64,000 nt of DNA from a virus: positions 30,430 through 94,429 of the IMG/VR virus record IMGVR_UViG_3300031965_000004; one strand, written 5' to 3'. The notes under the pieces are model-generated. The model was given only the letters and a program-made list of their open reading frames with translations. It did not search any database and was not told the DNA's origin. This document shows, in pieces, positions 28,133 through 38,885 of the stretch (its first letter is position 1; every line of letters starts with the position of its first letter). The position numbers and the translations under genes were made by a program.

Positions 28133-31100
28133 ATGGCTCAGCGCTCAATTACCCTCCCGCGAGTGGGCGGGCTCGGAGCTGTGAACCTCGTCGAGGGCAC
28201 CGACCAAGTTCTCTTGCCGCAGATCGAGGGCACGACGGCGGCGCGGTCGCTCTGGGCGGACGCCGCGGCCACGAGCGCCTTGCTGGCGAGCGGCACCAAC
28301 GTGGCCACGGTCACGTTGGGCGCAGCCGGGAGCACGGTCACGATCCCAGGCAGCCTGACGGTCTCGGGCACAGCGACCGCGATCAGCACGGCGAACTTGA
28401 CCGTGGCAGACACGGTGATTCTGGGAGCGTCAGGAGCCGCGACCGGAAACGAGGCCGGTATGGCCTTCGAGCGCGGGAGCACGGGCGACGACGCGATCCT
28501 GCTCTGGAACGAGGCGAACACCCGCTTCGAGCTCGGGTTCTTCAACACGGTCGGTGGAACGACCACGCCAACGGGGGCCCTCGCCGCACTGTCCGACCTC
28601 CGGGCCAAGGACCTGACGCTCGCGGGAACGATCACGGCAGACGGGGAACTGACAATCCGGAGCGGAGGGACTGGCGCCCTGCAAATGGTCGGGGCGAATG
28701 GCACGACCCCAGGCCAAATGCTTGTCCAAGCGGGGGGAAACACGGGAACGGGCGCGGGAGCCATTACTTATGTGTTCGGAGGCTCCTCCACAAGCGGATC
28801 CGGCCGAGGCGGAGACGCATTCTTCATTGGCGGAATCGCCGCCAGCGCAACAGGCGACGGCGGGGACGCAGCCGTAGACGGGGGCACCTCGGTCGGCGGG
28901 ACGGCCGGGTCCGTCCTGCTCGGAACGCAGGCTGGATACACAAGCGCGGTTGTGATTGGCCAGTCAGGGATCACGACCGACTTCCCGGCCGGGTCCACGG
29001 TTGACTTCACCGGGGCGACTGTCACTGGCCTGCCGGCGACTGACCTCAGCTCCGTGCTCGCGACCGGCAACAACTCGGGCGGCACAAGCATCGTCCTGTC
29101 AACACCAAGTGAGATTCAGTCAACGTCCGGCACGTCGGGCGACCCGATCTCGATTCAGGCTGGAAGCGCGTCGAGTGGAACCGGCGGAACGGTATCTATC
29201 GTCGGAGGACCCTCGTCTGGGGGCAACACCGGGCCGTCCGCGTCGATCGAGGCAGGAAGAGGAGGGGTGACGGGAGTCGGAGGTCCCTTCTTCGCGTTTG
29301 GCGGGCGCGGCGGAAGCACGAGTGGCGCAGCGGGGGAAGCGACGGTCCGAGGCGGCTTGCCGAACGACGGAAACGGCGGAGACGCCACGCTTGCCGGGTC
29401 GGCAGGGGCCACGGCAACTGCCACGGCAAGGGACGGCGGAAACGCCAACGTGGTCGGGGGGGGGGCAGTTTCCGGTGGAGTTCCCGGCCGCGTCCTCTTC
29501 ACGTCGGGCACGACGAGCTATCCGCTCACGGCGGCAGGTGTAGGCCCCGCTCTGACGACGACGGCCCAGACGATCATTGAGGCGATCAATGAGGTCGCGG
29601 CTGCTTCGCCGACTCTCAGCTCCGTGCTCGCGACCGGCAACACGACCGGTGCGAATGACGTGGTGGTGTCCTCAGGGCAGGTCCTTCGAGGCGTGGACGC
29701 GGCGACTGGGACGGCGCTCACGCTGCGCTCCGGCAACTCCTCAGGAGTAGGAGTTTCAGGCCCAACAACCACGATTCAAGGAGGGAGCCCCGGAAGTTCA
29801 TTGGGGGCCTGGACTGTCCGAGCAGCTTCGGAGGCAAACCCATGGCAGTCCGTGACTTGGTCGCCTGAGTTGGGCTTGTTCGCCGCTGTGTCAAGCACCG
29901 GCACGAATCGAGTCATGACTTCGCCGGACGGGATCAACTGGACGGCTCGGGCCGCCTCTGAAGCAAACTTCTGGAATGGGATCGCTTGGTCACCTGAATT
30001 GGGTCTATTCGCCGCTGTGGCTCAGGACGGCACGAATCGAGTCATGACTTCGCCGGACGGGATCAACTGGACGGCTCGGGCCGCCTCGGCGGCAAACGTG
30101 TGGCACGAGGTCACCTGGGCGGCTGAATTGGGCTTGTTCGTCGCTGTGGCTTGCACCGGCACGAATCGAGTCATGACTTCGCCGGACGGAATCAACTGGA
30201 CTGGACGCTTGTCTGGCAATGACGGTTTTTGCTGGCAGGACGTGACGTGGTCGCCGCAGTTGGGGTTGCTCGTCGGCGTGTCAAGCGACAACTTGGCCAT
30301 GACCTCACCGGACGGAATCACCTGGACGTCCCGCACTGTCCCCGGAGGGGTTGGGGTCTTGGCTTGGCAAGGGGTCACTTGGTCGCCCGAACTAGGTTTG
30401 TTCGTCGCTGTGGGCTCCGACGGCGCGAACCGGGTCGCGACCTCGCCAGACGGAATCAACTGGACGCTTCGGAACGCTTCGGGAGCAAATCTCTGGGACG
30501 AGGTCAGGTGGGCGCCTGAGTTGGGCTTGTTCGTCGCTGTGGCCCAGAACGGCACCAATCCGGTCATGACTTCGCCGGACGGAATCAACTGGAGCGCCGT
30601 GGCGGCGACGTTCCCTCAGTGGAGGTCTGTCGTTTGGGCGCCACAACTTGGCCTACTTGTATCTGTGGCTATAACTGGATCAGGCGCAAACCGAGTCATG
30701 ACGTCGCAAGCCACCTTCGGCGACGGCGGGGCAGTCGTAATCACGGCGCCAGCGGGTGACAGCGGCGGCGACGTCACGATCACGGCCGGCGCGGCAATCG
30801 GAGGCACTCAGGGCCGCGTCCTCTTCACGTCCGGCACGACCTCTTACCCGCTCACGGCGGCCGGTGTTGGGCCGCCGCTGACGACGACGGCCCAGACGAT
30901 CATTGAGGCGATCAATGAGGTCGACGCGGCGCTAGCGGGGGTCACAGAGGACGGCGGGACCCCGAATATCGTCACGATCACGGACGCGCTGGTAGTGGGG
31001 GCGCCCGCAAGCACTGTTGCGACCGGCGCAAGCGACATTGTCGCGGGACTCGCGGGAGGCTACTTCCTCCACTACGACCCGTCAGGAGCGATCCTACTCT

Positions 31101-33073
31101 TCGGGGAGGACTTCGGCGGAGGCCAAACCTACTTGGGCCTTTACGCCGTGGAAAACGGGACCCAGATCGACATGGCGTCGGACGCGGTCTTTGGTTGGTC
31201 CCCCTCGACCACGACCATTACCGGAAACGCCCAAGACACCAGGCTGAGCCGTCCCGCTGCGGGCGAGGTCCTCGTCGACGACGGCGCGGGAGGAGCCGCG
31301 ACCCTGACCGCCGCGACGGTCAAGCTTGGCACCGGTGGACCGACGCTGACGAAGGGGACGGGCAGCCCGGAGGGGGTCGTCACGGCCCCGGTTGGCTCGC
31401 TGTTCGCCCGCACGGACGGGGGCGCGGGAACGACGCTCTACAGCAAGGAGAGCGGCGCGGGAAACACCGGCTGGGCGACGGTGGGAGTCACGCCAACCCT
31501 GTCGTCCGTGCTCGCGGCCGGCAACACAACCGGCGCGAACGACGTGGTGGTGTCTTCGGGGCAGGTCCTTCGGGGTGTGGACGCGGCAGGTGGGACAGAC
31601 CTCGAACTCCGGGGGGGCAATGGTTCTGGCGCGGGAATGGGCGCTGGCGGTGTCTTCATTAACGCGGGGACTCCTACAGCCGACGGCAACGGGCCCAATG
31701 TTGAAATTTACGCCGGAAACGGAGCGGGGAATGGGCACGGCGGCTTACTCACGCTTGAGTCAGGCACGGCGGGAGCCGTGGGCAACGGAGGGGACCTAGA
31801 TATCCGGGCCAGGAACGGCGGCGCCACCAGTGGTAACGGTGGCGACCTCACGCTCACGGCCGGCACGGGAACGGGGGGCGGCACTCATGGCCGCGTCACC
31901 CTCACGTCCGGCACGACGAGCTATCCGCTCACGGCTGCCGGCGTTGGACCGGCCCTGACAACAACTGCTCAGACGATCATTGAGGCAATCAACGAGATCG
32001 ACGCGGCCGGCGGGGCGTCCTCCCTCAGTTCCGTGCTCGCGGCCGGCAACACAACCGGCGGCACTGATCTTGTCCAGACCTCGGGTGACGTTATTCGAGG
32101 AGTCGACGCTGCGACAGGAACCGCGCTGGCGTTGAGGGGCGGTGCGTCGTCCGCGGCAGGTGCAGGAGGGGCAGTCACGATCACGGGGGGTGCTCCTGTT
32201 AACGGAGACGGAGGCGCAGTATCGCTTGTTGGCTCCAATGCTGTCACAAACGGCAGTGGAGGCACCGCTACGGTTCAAGGCGGTGACGGGTTAGGGAACG
32301 TTGGCGGGACTGCTTCGCTTCTGGGTGGAAATTCTGGCACGCAAGCCGGCGGCGCTGCTGTCGTTCAAGCGGGGACTTCTGGGAACGGCGACGGTGGGAA
32401 TGTCACGATCGTTGCGGGGGCGGGAGTCGGCGCAAACAAGAGCGGCGGGACCGTCACGATCGTTGCGGGGGTATCCACGTCAATGTTTACAGGGAGTTTG
32501 GTCAGCATTACTGCCGGACAAGGCGGACCATCCGGCGGCACTGGCGGCACGTTGCAGTTGCGAGGCGGTCCGGGTGGGGCCTCCTCCGGGGTCGGAGGTC
32601 CCGTCATTATCTCGGGTGGGATCCCGATTAGCGGCGGCGGTGGCGCTGTCACAATCACGGCCTCAGACGCCGTCTCCGGCGTTGGCGGCAATGGTGGCGT
32701 GCTCACGCTCACGTCGGGTGCGGGGGCGGTCGCCAACCCCGGAGGCGCGCTCACGATCAGGTCCGGTGCAGGTGGCGCCTCGAGCGGGAACTCGGGAGCG
32801 GTTACGATCGACGCGGGAGCGGTTACGGGCGGGACGGCAGGCACGATCACGATCGGCGGGACGAATGCCAGTGCTGTCAACCTGGGACGTTCGGCAGGCA
32901 CGATCGGGTTCTTCGGGGCTGCGGCGGTCGCTCAGTCGGCGGCCTACACCCTGACCGCAACTGCGGTTCTTGACCGGACCCTGCTGGCTAGCGCCAGCGC
33001 GACCGTGACGAACAACAACAACGCGCTGGCCGCGTTGATCACCGACCTCCAAGCGCTAGGCTTGATCGGGTAA
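28133..33073 (+). CDS. large modular spike / fibre with Gly-rich repeats and a 7-bladed beta-propeller
   Basis: 1646 aa; seven W..V.W.PELGLF.AV...VMTSPDGINW blades; three TTSYPLTAAGVGP.LTTTAQTIIEAINE linkers; GSPEGVVTAPVGS motif. Confidence 0.8.
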   Translation: MAQRSITLPRVGGLGAVNLVEGTDQVLLPQIEGTTAARSLWADAAATSALLASGTNVATVTLGAAGSTVTIPGSLTVSGTATAISTANLTVADTVILGASGAATGNEAGMAFERGSTGDDAILLWNEANTRFELGFFNTVGGTTTPTGALAALSDLRAKDLTLAGTITADGELTIRSGGTGALQMVGANGTTPGQMLVQAGGNTGTGAGAITYVFGGSSTSGSGRGGDAFFIGGIAASATGDGGDAAVDGGTSVGGTAGSVLLGTQAGYTSAVVIGQSGITTDFPAGSTVDFTGATVTGLPATDLSSVLATGNNSGGTSIVLSTPSEIQSTSGTSGDPISIQAGSASSGTGGTVSIVGGPSSGGNTGPSASIEAGRGGVTGVGGPFFAFGGRGGSTSGAAGEATVRGGLPNDGNGGDATLAGSAGATATATARDGGNANVVGGGAVSGGVPGRVLFTSGTTSYPLTAAGVGPALTTTAQTIIEAINEVAAASPTLSSVLATGNTTGANDVVVSSGQVLRGVDAATGTALTLRSGNSSGVGVSGPTTTIQGGSPGSSLGAWTVRAASEANPWQSVTWSPELGLFAAVSSTGTNRVMTSPDGINWTARAASEANFWNGIAWSPELGLFAAVAQDGTNRVMTSPDGINWTARAASAANVWHEVTWAAELGLFVAVACTGTNRVMTSPDGINWTGRLSGNDGFCWQDVTWSPQLGLLVGVSSDNLAMTSPDGITWTSRTVPGGVGVLAWQGVTWSPELGLFVAVGSDGANRVATSPDGINWTLRNASGANLWDEVRWAPELGLFVAVAQNGTNPVMTSPDGINWSAVAATFPQWRSVVWAPQLGLLVSVAITGSGANRVMTSQATFGDGGAVVITAPAGDSGGDVTITAGAAIGGTQGRVLFTSGTTSYPLTAAGVGPPLTTTAQTIIEAINEVDAALAGVTEDGGTPNIVTITDALVVGAPASTVATGASDIVAGLAGGYFLHYDPSGAILLFGEDFGGGQTYLGLYAVENGTQIDMASDAVFGWSPSTTTITGNAQDTRLSRPAAGEVLVDDGAGGAATLTAATVKLGTGGPTLTKGTGSPEGVVTAPVGSLFARTDGGAGTTLYSKESGAGNTGWATVGVTPTLSSVLAAGNTTGANDVVVSSGQVLRGVDAAGGTDLELRGGNGSGAGMGAGGVFINAGTPTADGNGPNVEIYAGNGAGNGHGGLLTLESGTAGAVGNGGDLDIRARNGGATSGNGGDLTLTAGTGTGGGTHGRVTLTSGTTSYPLTAAGVGPALTTTAQTIIEAINEIDAAGGASSLSSVLAAGNTTGGTDLVQTSGDVIRGVDAATGTALALRGGASSAAGAGGAVTITGGAPVNGDGGAVSLVGSNAVTNGSGGTATVQGGDGLGNVGGTASLLGGNSGTQAGGAAVVQAGTSGNGDGGNVTIVAGAGVGANKSGGTVTIVAGVSTSMFTGSLVSITAGQGGPSGGTGGTLQLRGGPGGASSGVGGPVIISGGIPISGGGGAVTITASDAVSGVGGNGGVLTLTSGAGAVANPGGALTIRSGAGGASSGNSGAVTIDAGAVTGGTAGTITIGGTNASAVNLGRSAGTIGFFGAAAVAQSAAYTLTATAVLDRTLLASASATVTNNNNALAALITDLQALGLIG

Positions 33074-33381
33074 GTCGTCCTCCCCTTGGGCCGGCCGCTC
33101 GATCGTGTCGCCCGCCCGCGATAGGATTCGCGCGCCCAGGAGGCAGCCCATGAACACCCCGAACTCCCCGAACACCCCCGCCCCGCTCGATGCCCCCGAC
33201 GAGAACCCGAGCGGAGCGCTCGAACTGTGCGCGCAGCAAGGAGCGGCCGAGCTCATGGGCACCTGCTTCCTGCATCCCGACGGGTGTCCTGAGGAGCTGG
33301 CCGCACGGCCCTGACCAACGGGATCTTTCAGCAGGTGTCGGTGCAACTCGCATAATCACCCTTCACCACGAAGGAGACACC

Positions 33382-33840
33382 ATGCGAAGCAGGAAGCCGG
33401 GCCCAAAGCGCCCTGCCGGCCCCAAGCCGGCAACCCCCAAGGCCCCGGCGGGCCGAGCCCAACTCTCGTTGGAGCAGACGTTGGGCGTGCAGCTCATGTC
33501 CGCGCGCCAGGCGATCAAGGCGAAGAACGTGTTCATAGCCGAGAGTCAGTTGGCGCGTGCCACAGCCGCGCAGGCTGACGCGAAGCGGATCCAAGAGCTC
33601 GAGCTCGAGCTAGCCGCTCAGACCAACCAGCTCATGGGCGCCCTCAACCGTGCGGAGGACGCGGAGAACCACCTGCTCCACCAACGCCTGGGCCTCCCTG
33701 AGGGAGAAGTCGCCTACAGCATGGGTGCAGACGGGCTCTATTCCTACGAGGTCAAGGCGCCCAAGCCGGCGTTGATGCCTCCGTTGATGCCGGCCGCCGA
33801 CCCGAAGGTGGCGGCGCCGGACACCCCCGACCCCGCTTAA
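33382..33840 (+). CDS. coiled-coil protein (possible fibre chaperone)
   Basis: AAGGAG RBS; position after the spike. Confidence 0.55.
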   Translation: MRSRKPGPKRPAGPKPATPKAPAGRAQLSLEQTLGVQLMSARQAIKAKNVFIAESQLARATAAQADAKRIQELELELAAQTNQLMGALNRAEDAENHLLHQRLGLPEGEVAYSMGADGLYSYEVKAPKPALMPPLMPAADPKVAAPDTPDPA

Positions 33841-34670
33841 GGACGGTAGTCGTCACTCCCACCTGGGTAGCCTTCGTCGTCGTAGGGGTAGATCCCGTCG
33901 TCGACGTAGGGGTTGGCGTGCGTCGTGAAGTGCCCGTATTGCCCCGGGTATCCATGGGGGGGCGGGGCGAACGTCGGCTCCGGCCCCTGATAGTGCTCGC
34001 GCCCGAAGTCGGCGACGCTCGAGAAGTGGTGGGGAGGTATGAGCGGCAAGCCCCCATACTGCCCGGCGTATCCGGCGTCTCCCCCCGAGCCGAACACGGG
34101 GGGGACCAACGGGCCGTGCGGGTTGCGGGCGAAGCCCGACACGGCCTCCATGGCCGCTTGAAGCACGGACTGCGGGTCGTTCGCCTGTGAGCGACTGAGC
34201 CCGGCCATGGCTTCGGCCACGGCCTGCGCGATCGGCGACGGGTAGGAGGCCGGGTTGGGCCGGTTGAAGCGTGCGGTCTCAGCTCCGAAGTGGAGCGGGG
34301 GCGTCGCGGACGGAGCAAGGCGCCTCGGGCGCGCGCCGGCCGGGCGTTGGAGCAAGCGCCGATCGGACCCGGCGGCCGGCTGGGCGGGAGCCGGCCGCGG
34401 CCGAGGACCTCGGCTTGGCGCCGGTCGTGTCGCCGGCATGGCGGGGAAGGGCGGCGGCGCGGGGTTGGCCGCGCGCGTGATCTTCGGCCCCTCGCCCTGG
34501 CTGATCTGGCGGACGAGCGCTCGAGGCCCCTTGCTGTTGATCGGGCGGTTGGTGGCCACGTTGAGCAACGGAACCTTGCCGCGCGTGTCGAGGGCTCCGA
34601 CGACGCGCAGGCGGCGCCCCTTGCTGTCTGCCCAAACGTCTCCGACCCGAACCTGGTTCTTGCTGGCCAC
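33837..34670 (-). CDS. NP-motif-punctuated Pro-rich protein
   Basis: GGAGG RBS and GTG; AANP, RPNP, ARNP, HANP. Confidence 0.65.
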   Translation of the reverse strand: MASKNQVRVGDVWADSKGRRLRVVGALDTRGKVPLLNVATNRPINSKGPRALVRQISQGEGPKITRAANPAPPPFPAMPATRPAPSRGPRPRPAPAQPAAGSDRRLLQRPAGARPRRLAPSATPPLHFGAETARFNRPNPASYPSPIAQAVAEAMAGLSRSQANDPQSVLQAAMEAVSGFARNPHGPLVPPVFGSGGDAGYAGQYGGLPLIPPHHFSSVADFGREHYQGPEPTFAPPPHGYPGQYGHFTTHANPYVDDGIYPYDDEGYPGGSDDYRP

Positions 34671-34768
34671 GGTGCCTCCTGTTCGCCTGCTGAGGCGGCT
34701 TGCTCCCAAACTAACAGGTGACCCCAGCCTCGCGCGACGTTAGACTGCGTGACCGAGAAGGAGGCATT

Positions 34769-35572
34769 GTGACGAGCTACAGCGACCCCGAGGGGCCACG
34801 TCCTTCAGCAACGATCGAGGCCCTCGCGATCGAACATGGAATCCCTGCGCCCAGCGTCGCGGATGCTGAGGACGCGGACGCGGCCCCTGACGCGCTCGAT
34901 GCGCGCGACGCGCGAACGCTTGCCGTCGAAGCGGCCTGTGCGGAGCTGCTCAAGCTGGTCAAGGCGGAGGACGCGCAAGGTGGCCCTCGCGTCATTACCG
35001 GCCAAGTCCTCGTGGCGACCGACAACATCGTCAGAGCGGCCTTCCATGGCAACGGGCACGCCGAGACCACGTCGCTCGTTGGGGGGGCGCCAGGGCAAAT
35101 GGTGCCCCTTCAGGGGCCAGAGCACTTCTTCCTAAAGTCCGCTGCAATGGGAGGGGACCTTTGGTTCGAGGCCGCGTCGTTCGGCGAGCACAGGCACATT
35201 CCTATCGGACCGCATTTCGGCAACCCCACCGAGGCCGCGCCGAGGCCGCCCTCGCCGCCTTTCCCTGCCGCGGCGAAGTCGGCAGACAAGAGCCAAGCCA
35301 CTTTCGCCAGGGACTTGGCCTACGCCGCCCTGCGATCGCTCGCAGTGAACGGGGAGACGGCAGACGAGCGGCGACGGGCTCTCGAGCACCTCCTCACGCT
35401 TGCGCCCAAGGCCGAGTCGCCGCCCCCAGCCGAGGCCGCGGCCCCGGCCTCCCCCCCATACATTCCGGGCTTCAGGCACTTGGAGCCTGAAGCAGGGATC
35501 GGGCGTCGGTGTCCCGTCGTGCCACTGGGCGGGGTCTGGCAGCCTTCGCCAGGCGAGTCGTTCGGCGGGTGA
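34769..35572 (+). CDS. hypothetical protein
   Basis: AAGGAGG RBS before GTG 34769. Confidence 0.6.
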   Translation: MTSYSDPEGPRPSATIEALAIEHGIPAPSVADAEDADAAPDALDARDARTLAVEAACAELLKLVKAEDAQGGPRVITGQVLVATDNIVRAAFHGNGHAETTSLVGGAPGQMVPLQGPEHFFLKSAAMGGDLWFEAASFGEHRHIPIGPHFGNPTEAAPRPPSPPFPAAAKSADKSQATFARDLAYAALRSLAVNGETADERRRALEHLLTLAPKAESPPPAEAAAPASPPYIPGFRHLEPEAGIGRRCPVVPLGGVWQPSPGESFGG

Positions 35573-35802
35573 GCCACTACGCCGAGCTCGGGGTCCCAAA
35601 GACCGCGACGGCGGCGGAGATCAAGCGGGCTTACCGCAAGCTCGTGCTCGAGGTGCATCCGGACCAGGGCGGAGACGCGGCGCGCTTCAAGCGAGTCCAG
35701 GCGGCCTACGAGACGCTCAAAGACCCAGCGCGCCGAGCAGGCTACGACGCGCCGCGTCTCGACATGGTTTGGGCTTTCTCCGAGCTCTTGTTTTGGGAGT
35801 AG
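35569..35802 (+). CDS. DnaJ (J-domain) protein
   Basis: HYAELGV...EIKRAYRKL...HPD...FKRVQAAYETLKDP..R..YD. Confidence 0.9.
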   Translation: MSHYAELGVPKTATAAEIKRAYRKLVLEVHPDQGGDAARFKRVQAAYETLKDPARRAGYDAPRLDMVWAFSELLFWE

Positions 35803-35895
35803 GGTCGCGGATCGGAAGCCGCGACGGCGCATCGGCAGTGTCAGACCGGTCGGGCAGACTCCGAGGTCGCGATCGTAGGGGAGGGTGACGGCTGG

Positions 35896-35931
35896 CTCTC
35901 AACGCCCGCGCAGAGGCTTTGTGTCTGCGAC
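35896..35931 (+). CRISPR. solitary CRISPR repeat unit
   Basis: CTCTCAACGCCCGCGCAGAGGCTTTGTGTCTGCGAC matches the array repeat at 51.6-54.7 kb. Confidence 0.85.
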
Positions 35932-35993
35932 CCCGGCAGTAGGGGTTCGACTCCCCTCAGGCTTTTAGCCCTAGCTCCGGTTGCTGTGCTCGC

Positions 35994-36673
35994 TCATGCG
36001 AGCAACCGATTCGCGAGGCCCGCGAACACCTCGGGCCATGTGAGCGCGCCGGACTGGTTGGCCGAATCTAACGCCTCCGCCAACCACGCTACCGTCCTCG
36101 GTAGACCCGGAATTCGCCTATCCCGAGGCGCCCCCGTGGACGACGCCGCCAACCGCGCCGCCGTCTGCGCCAACCGCGCCGCCGTCTGCTCCGCCCACCA
36201 CGCTCGCGCCGCAGCAACTGACTCTTCTATCTCCTCCTCCGTGCCCGTATCTGCCGCCTCCCACGCCGCGATCGACGCCACCGACGCCTCCCTCATTGCG
36301 TCGGTGGCAGCCTCCAACGCCCGCCCCGCCGTAATCGCGTGCTCTCGACACGGACAGTCCGCCCATGCCCGCGCCGCCGCAATCGCGCTCGCAGGCCGCA
36401 GGTCGTCCCCGTGAGTGGCACGCACGACGGCAGTTTCAGCGAGGTCCGCCGCCCAGCGAACTGCCGCGACGTAGCTCAGTTGCCCTACACCAAGCTCCAC
36501 CCGCGACCTCGGGTCCGCTGGCAATTCCGCCGGCTCGACCACCTGTAGCGCGACTGGGTGACCGAGGGCCGCGGCGTAGGCGACTCGCATGGGGTCAATC
36601 TCACCGAAGCGGAGCCGCCAGGCCAAGGCAGCGACGGGGTCGTATCGCTCGGTGCGGCGGTAGGCGCGGTCGC

Positions 36674-36677
<4 letters not shown>
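35994..36677 (-). CDS. Ala-rich Imm5-like family paralogue
   Basis: VSDRAYRRTERYDP...WAADLA...AIAAARAWADCPC. Confidence 0.7.
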
Positions 36678-37288
<611 letters not shown>

Positions 37289-37292
37289 GCGC

Positions 37293-37565
37293 TCACCAGT
37301 CCACCTGTTCGTCCACGGCGCCCAAGATCCCCCGCACGTTGTTCGGGACTTCGTGTCCCAAAGGCCACATGCGGTAGGTGATCCCGCGCAGAGCGTTTCT
37401 GGCAGCCGTGTCCTGCCCGTCCGTGCTGGCCGCCCAGCAGAAGTCTTCGTCGTGCATGACGGCGAGGCGGAACGCTTCCAGCACCCCGTCAAGTTGGACG
37501 CCTTGACGCTTGAGCGCGCTCAGGTAACTGAGCCAGCAGACCTTGCGTTTGTGAGGCTCGCTCAT
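37293..37565 (-). CDS. hypothetical protein
   Basis: MSEPHKRK...; TATCAT -10-like element upstream. Confidence 0.5.
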   Translation of the reverse strand: MSEPHKRKVCWLSYLSALKRQGVQLDGVLEAFRLAVMHDEDFCWAASTDGQDTAARNALRGITYRMWPLGHEVPNNVRGILGAVDEQVDW

Positions 37566-37589
37566 GGACGCATGATACCAACTAGAGAA

Positions 37590-37622
37590 GGAGCCCCGCC
37601 TGGACCGTCCAGGCGGGGCTCC
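37590..37622. terminator. GC-rich hairpin
   Basis: GGAGCCCCGCCTGGA-CCG-TCCAGGCGGGGCTCC perfect inverted repeat. Confidence 0.55.
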
Positions 37623-37671
37623 GTGGGGGGCAAAAGGAGGCGAATCCAGTGCCTGGGGTGAGTCTAGCAAC

Positions 37672-37899
37672 TCACCCTAGACTGAGTCCGCACCGATCTT
37701 TTTTCGTGCTGTAGACAGCACACCCTCGCCCCAAGCAGATCGTCGGGTAGAGGACCGTCGTGATCTCTCCCCCGGCGACAAGCGCCGGGGCCGGCATCAC
37801 AACCGACATGAAGGGGCAGACGTTCTTCAGGTCGGCGACCTCCTCCTCGTCCGTCTTCTTCCTTGCTGGCGCCCCAAACGGGTTGAGGAGCTCGCCCAC
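37672..37899 (-). CDS. small Cys-containing protein
   Basis: CPFM...CLGRGCAVY...C. Confidence 0.55.
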   Translation of the reverse strand: MGELLNPFGAPARKKTDEEEVADLKNVCPFMSVVMPAPALVAGGEITTVLYPTICLGRGCAVYSTKKDRCGLSLG

Positions 37900-38534
37900 T
37901 AGGACTGGCCTGGGAGCCAGGCCGCGTTGAGGTCGTCGCCGGCGACGAGCACGAGCAGGCGCCCGCCGAGGGCGGGGAAGTTGACGATCACCCCCTCGAA
38001 CCCCTGCGCGTCGAGCGGGTCGACGCTGGCCTCGAGCTCGAGCGCGCGAATGCCAGCGGGCACGGGCACGGGCACCGGCGTTCCCGTGCGGAGGAGGCGA
38101 CCGGAGTCGGGGTGGATCACGACCGGCACGAGGACCAGATCGAGTCCGCTCCCGCGGCGCAACCCCAGGGCACAGACGGACACGGCCCCAGAGATCGCTT
38201 GCGCCACGTCTTCGGCAACGATCCCCGACTCAATGAGCGGGCGGGCGGGAGGCGCTCCCTGCGGAGCTTGGATCCGGGCACGGTGCGCCGCCTCGAGCGC
38301 GCGCGCGTGATTGGCGATCGTCGCCGGCATGGCGTTCGACGGGATCCCCGCCGCGACGGCGGCGGCAGCTTGGGCGGCAGCTCCGCCACCTGGCGCGGCG
38401 ACGCCGCCCTCGCGGCGGATTGCTGCGCCACGTCCGGCTTGAGCTGCGCCGATCGAGCGGGAGTCGGAGGGCGGCGGGGGAGCGCCTCGGGTCACGGGCA
38501 TGACGCCGGCAGGCAAAGATTCAGGCAAAGGCAT
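37899..38534 (-). CDS. hypothetical protein
   Basis: 211-aa ORF in operon. Confidence 0.55.
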   Translation of the reverse strand: MPLPESLPAGVMPVTRGAPPPPSDSRSIGAAQAGRGAAIRREGGVAAPGGGAAAQAAAAVAAGIPSNAMPATIANHARALEAAHRARIQAPQGAPPARPLIESGIVAEDVAQAISGAVSVCALGLRRGSGLDLVLVPVVIHPDSGRLLRTGTPVPVPVPAGIRALELEASVDPLDAQGFEGVIVNFPALGGRLLVLVAGDDLNAAWLPGQS

Positions 38535-38582
38535 GTTGGTTCTCTCGTCTTCTAGGGTGGTGGTGTTGGAGCCGATCGTGGC

Positions 38583-38885
38583 TCACGGGTTGAGCAGAGC
38601 GCGGGCGAAAAGGTATCGCTTCGCCTCGGACAGGCCGGAGACTCTGACCACGTTCACGCCGAAGTCTTTCAGGTCCTCGCCCCACGCCCCAATGTATTCC
38701 TCGGTCAGTAGATACCACGTCCGAACCCCGCGTCCTTGCCTGCGCTCGGCGAGCAAGGACTTGGGAATGCTGCCGAAGAAAACGGTAGGCTTGCTTTGGT
38801 AGTCGCACTCACTCACGAGCGGCGAGTAGAGCGTGACGATCTTCCGATTGAGCAGGTGCTCAATGTCGGCGAGCGTTAGCGTCAC
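38583..38885 (-). CDS. hypothetical protein
   Basis: VTLTLADIEHLL...; coupled ORF. Confidence 0.45.
   Translation of the reverse strand: MTLTLADIEHLLNRKIVTLYSPLVSECDYQSKPTVFFGSIPKSLLAERRQGRGVRTWYLLTEEYIGAWGEDLKDFGVNVVRVSGLSEAKRYLFARALLNP

Noticed and set aside
5337-33840. Tailed phage (Caudoviricetes) head-tail module
   Set aside because: No terminase, portal, HK97 capsid, tape-measure or baseplate motifs recognised
35800-35970. Complete tRNA gene
   Set aside because: Only a T-arm is present; no D-arm or anticodon arm
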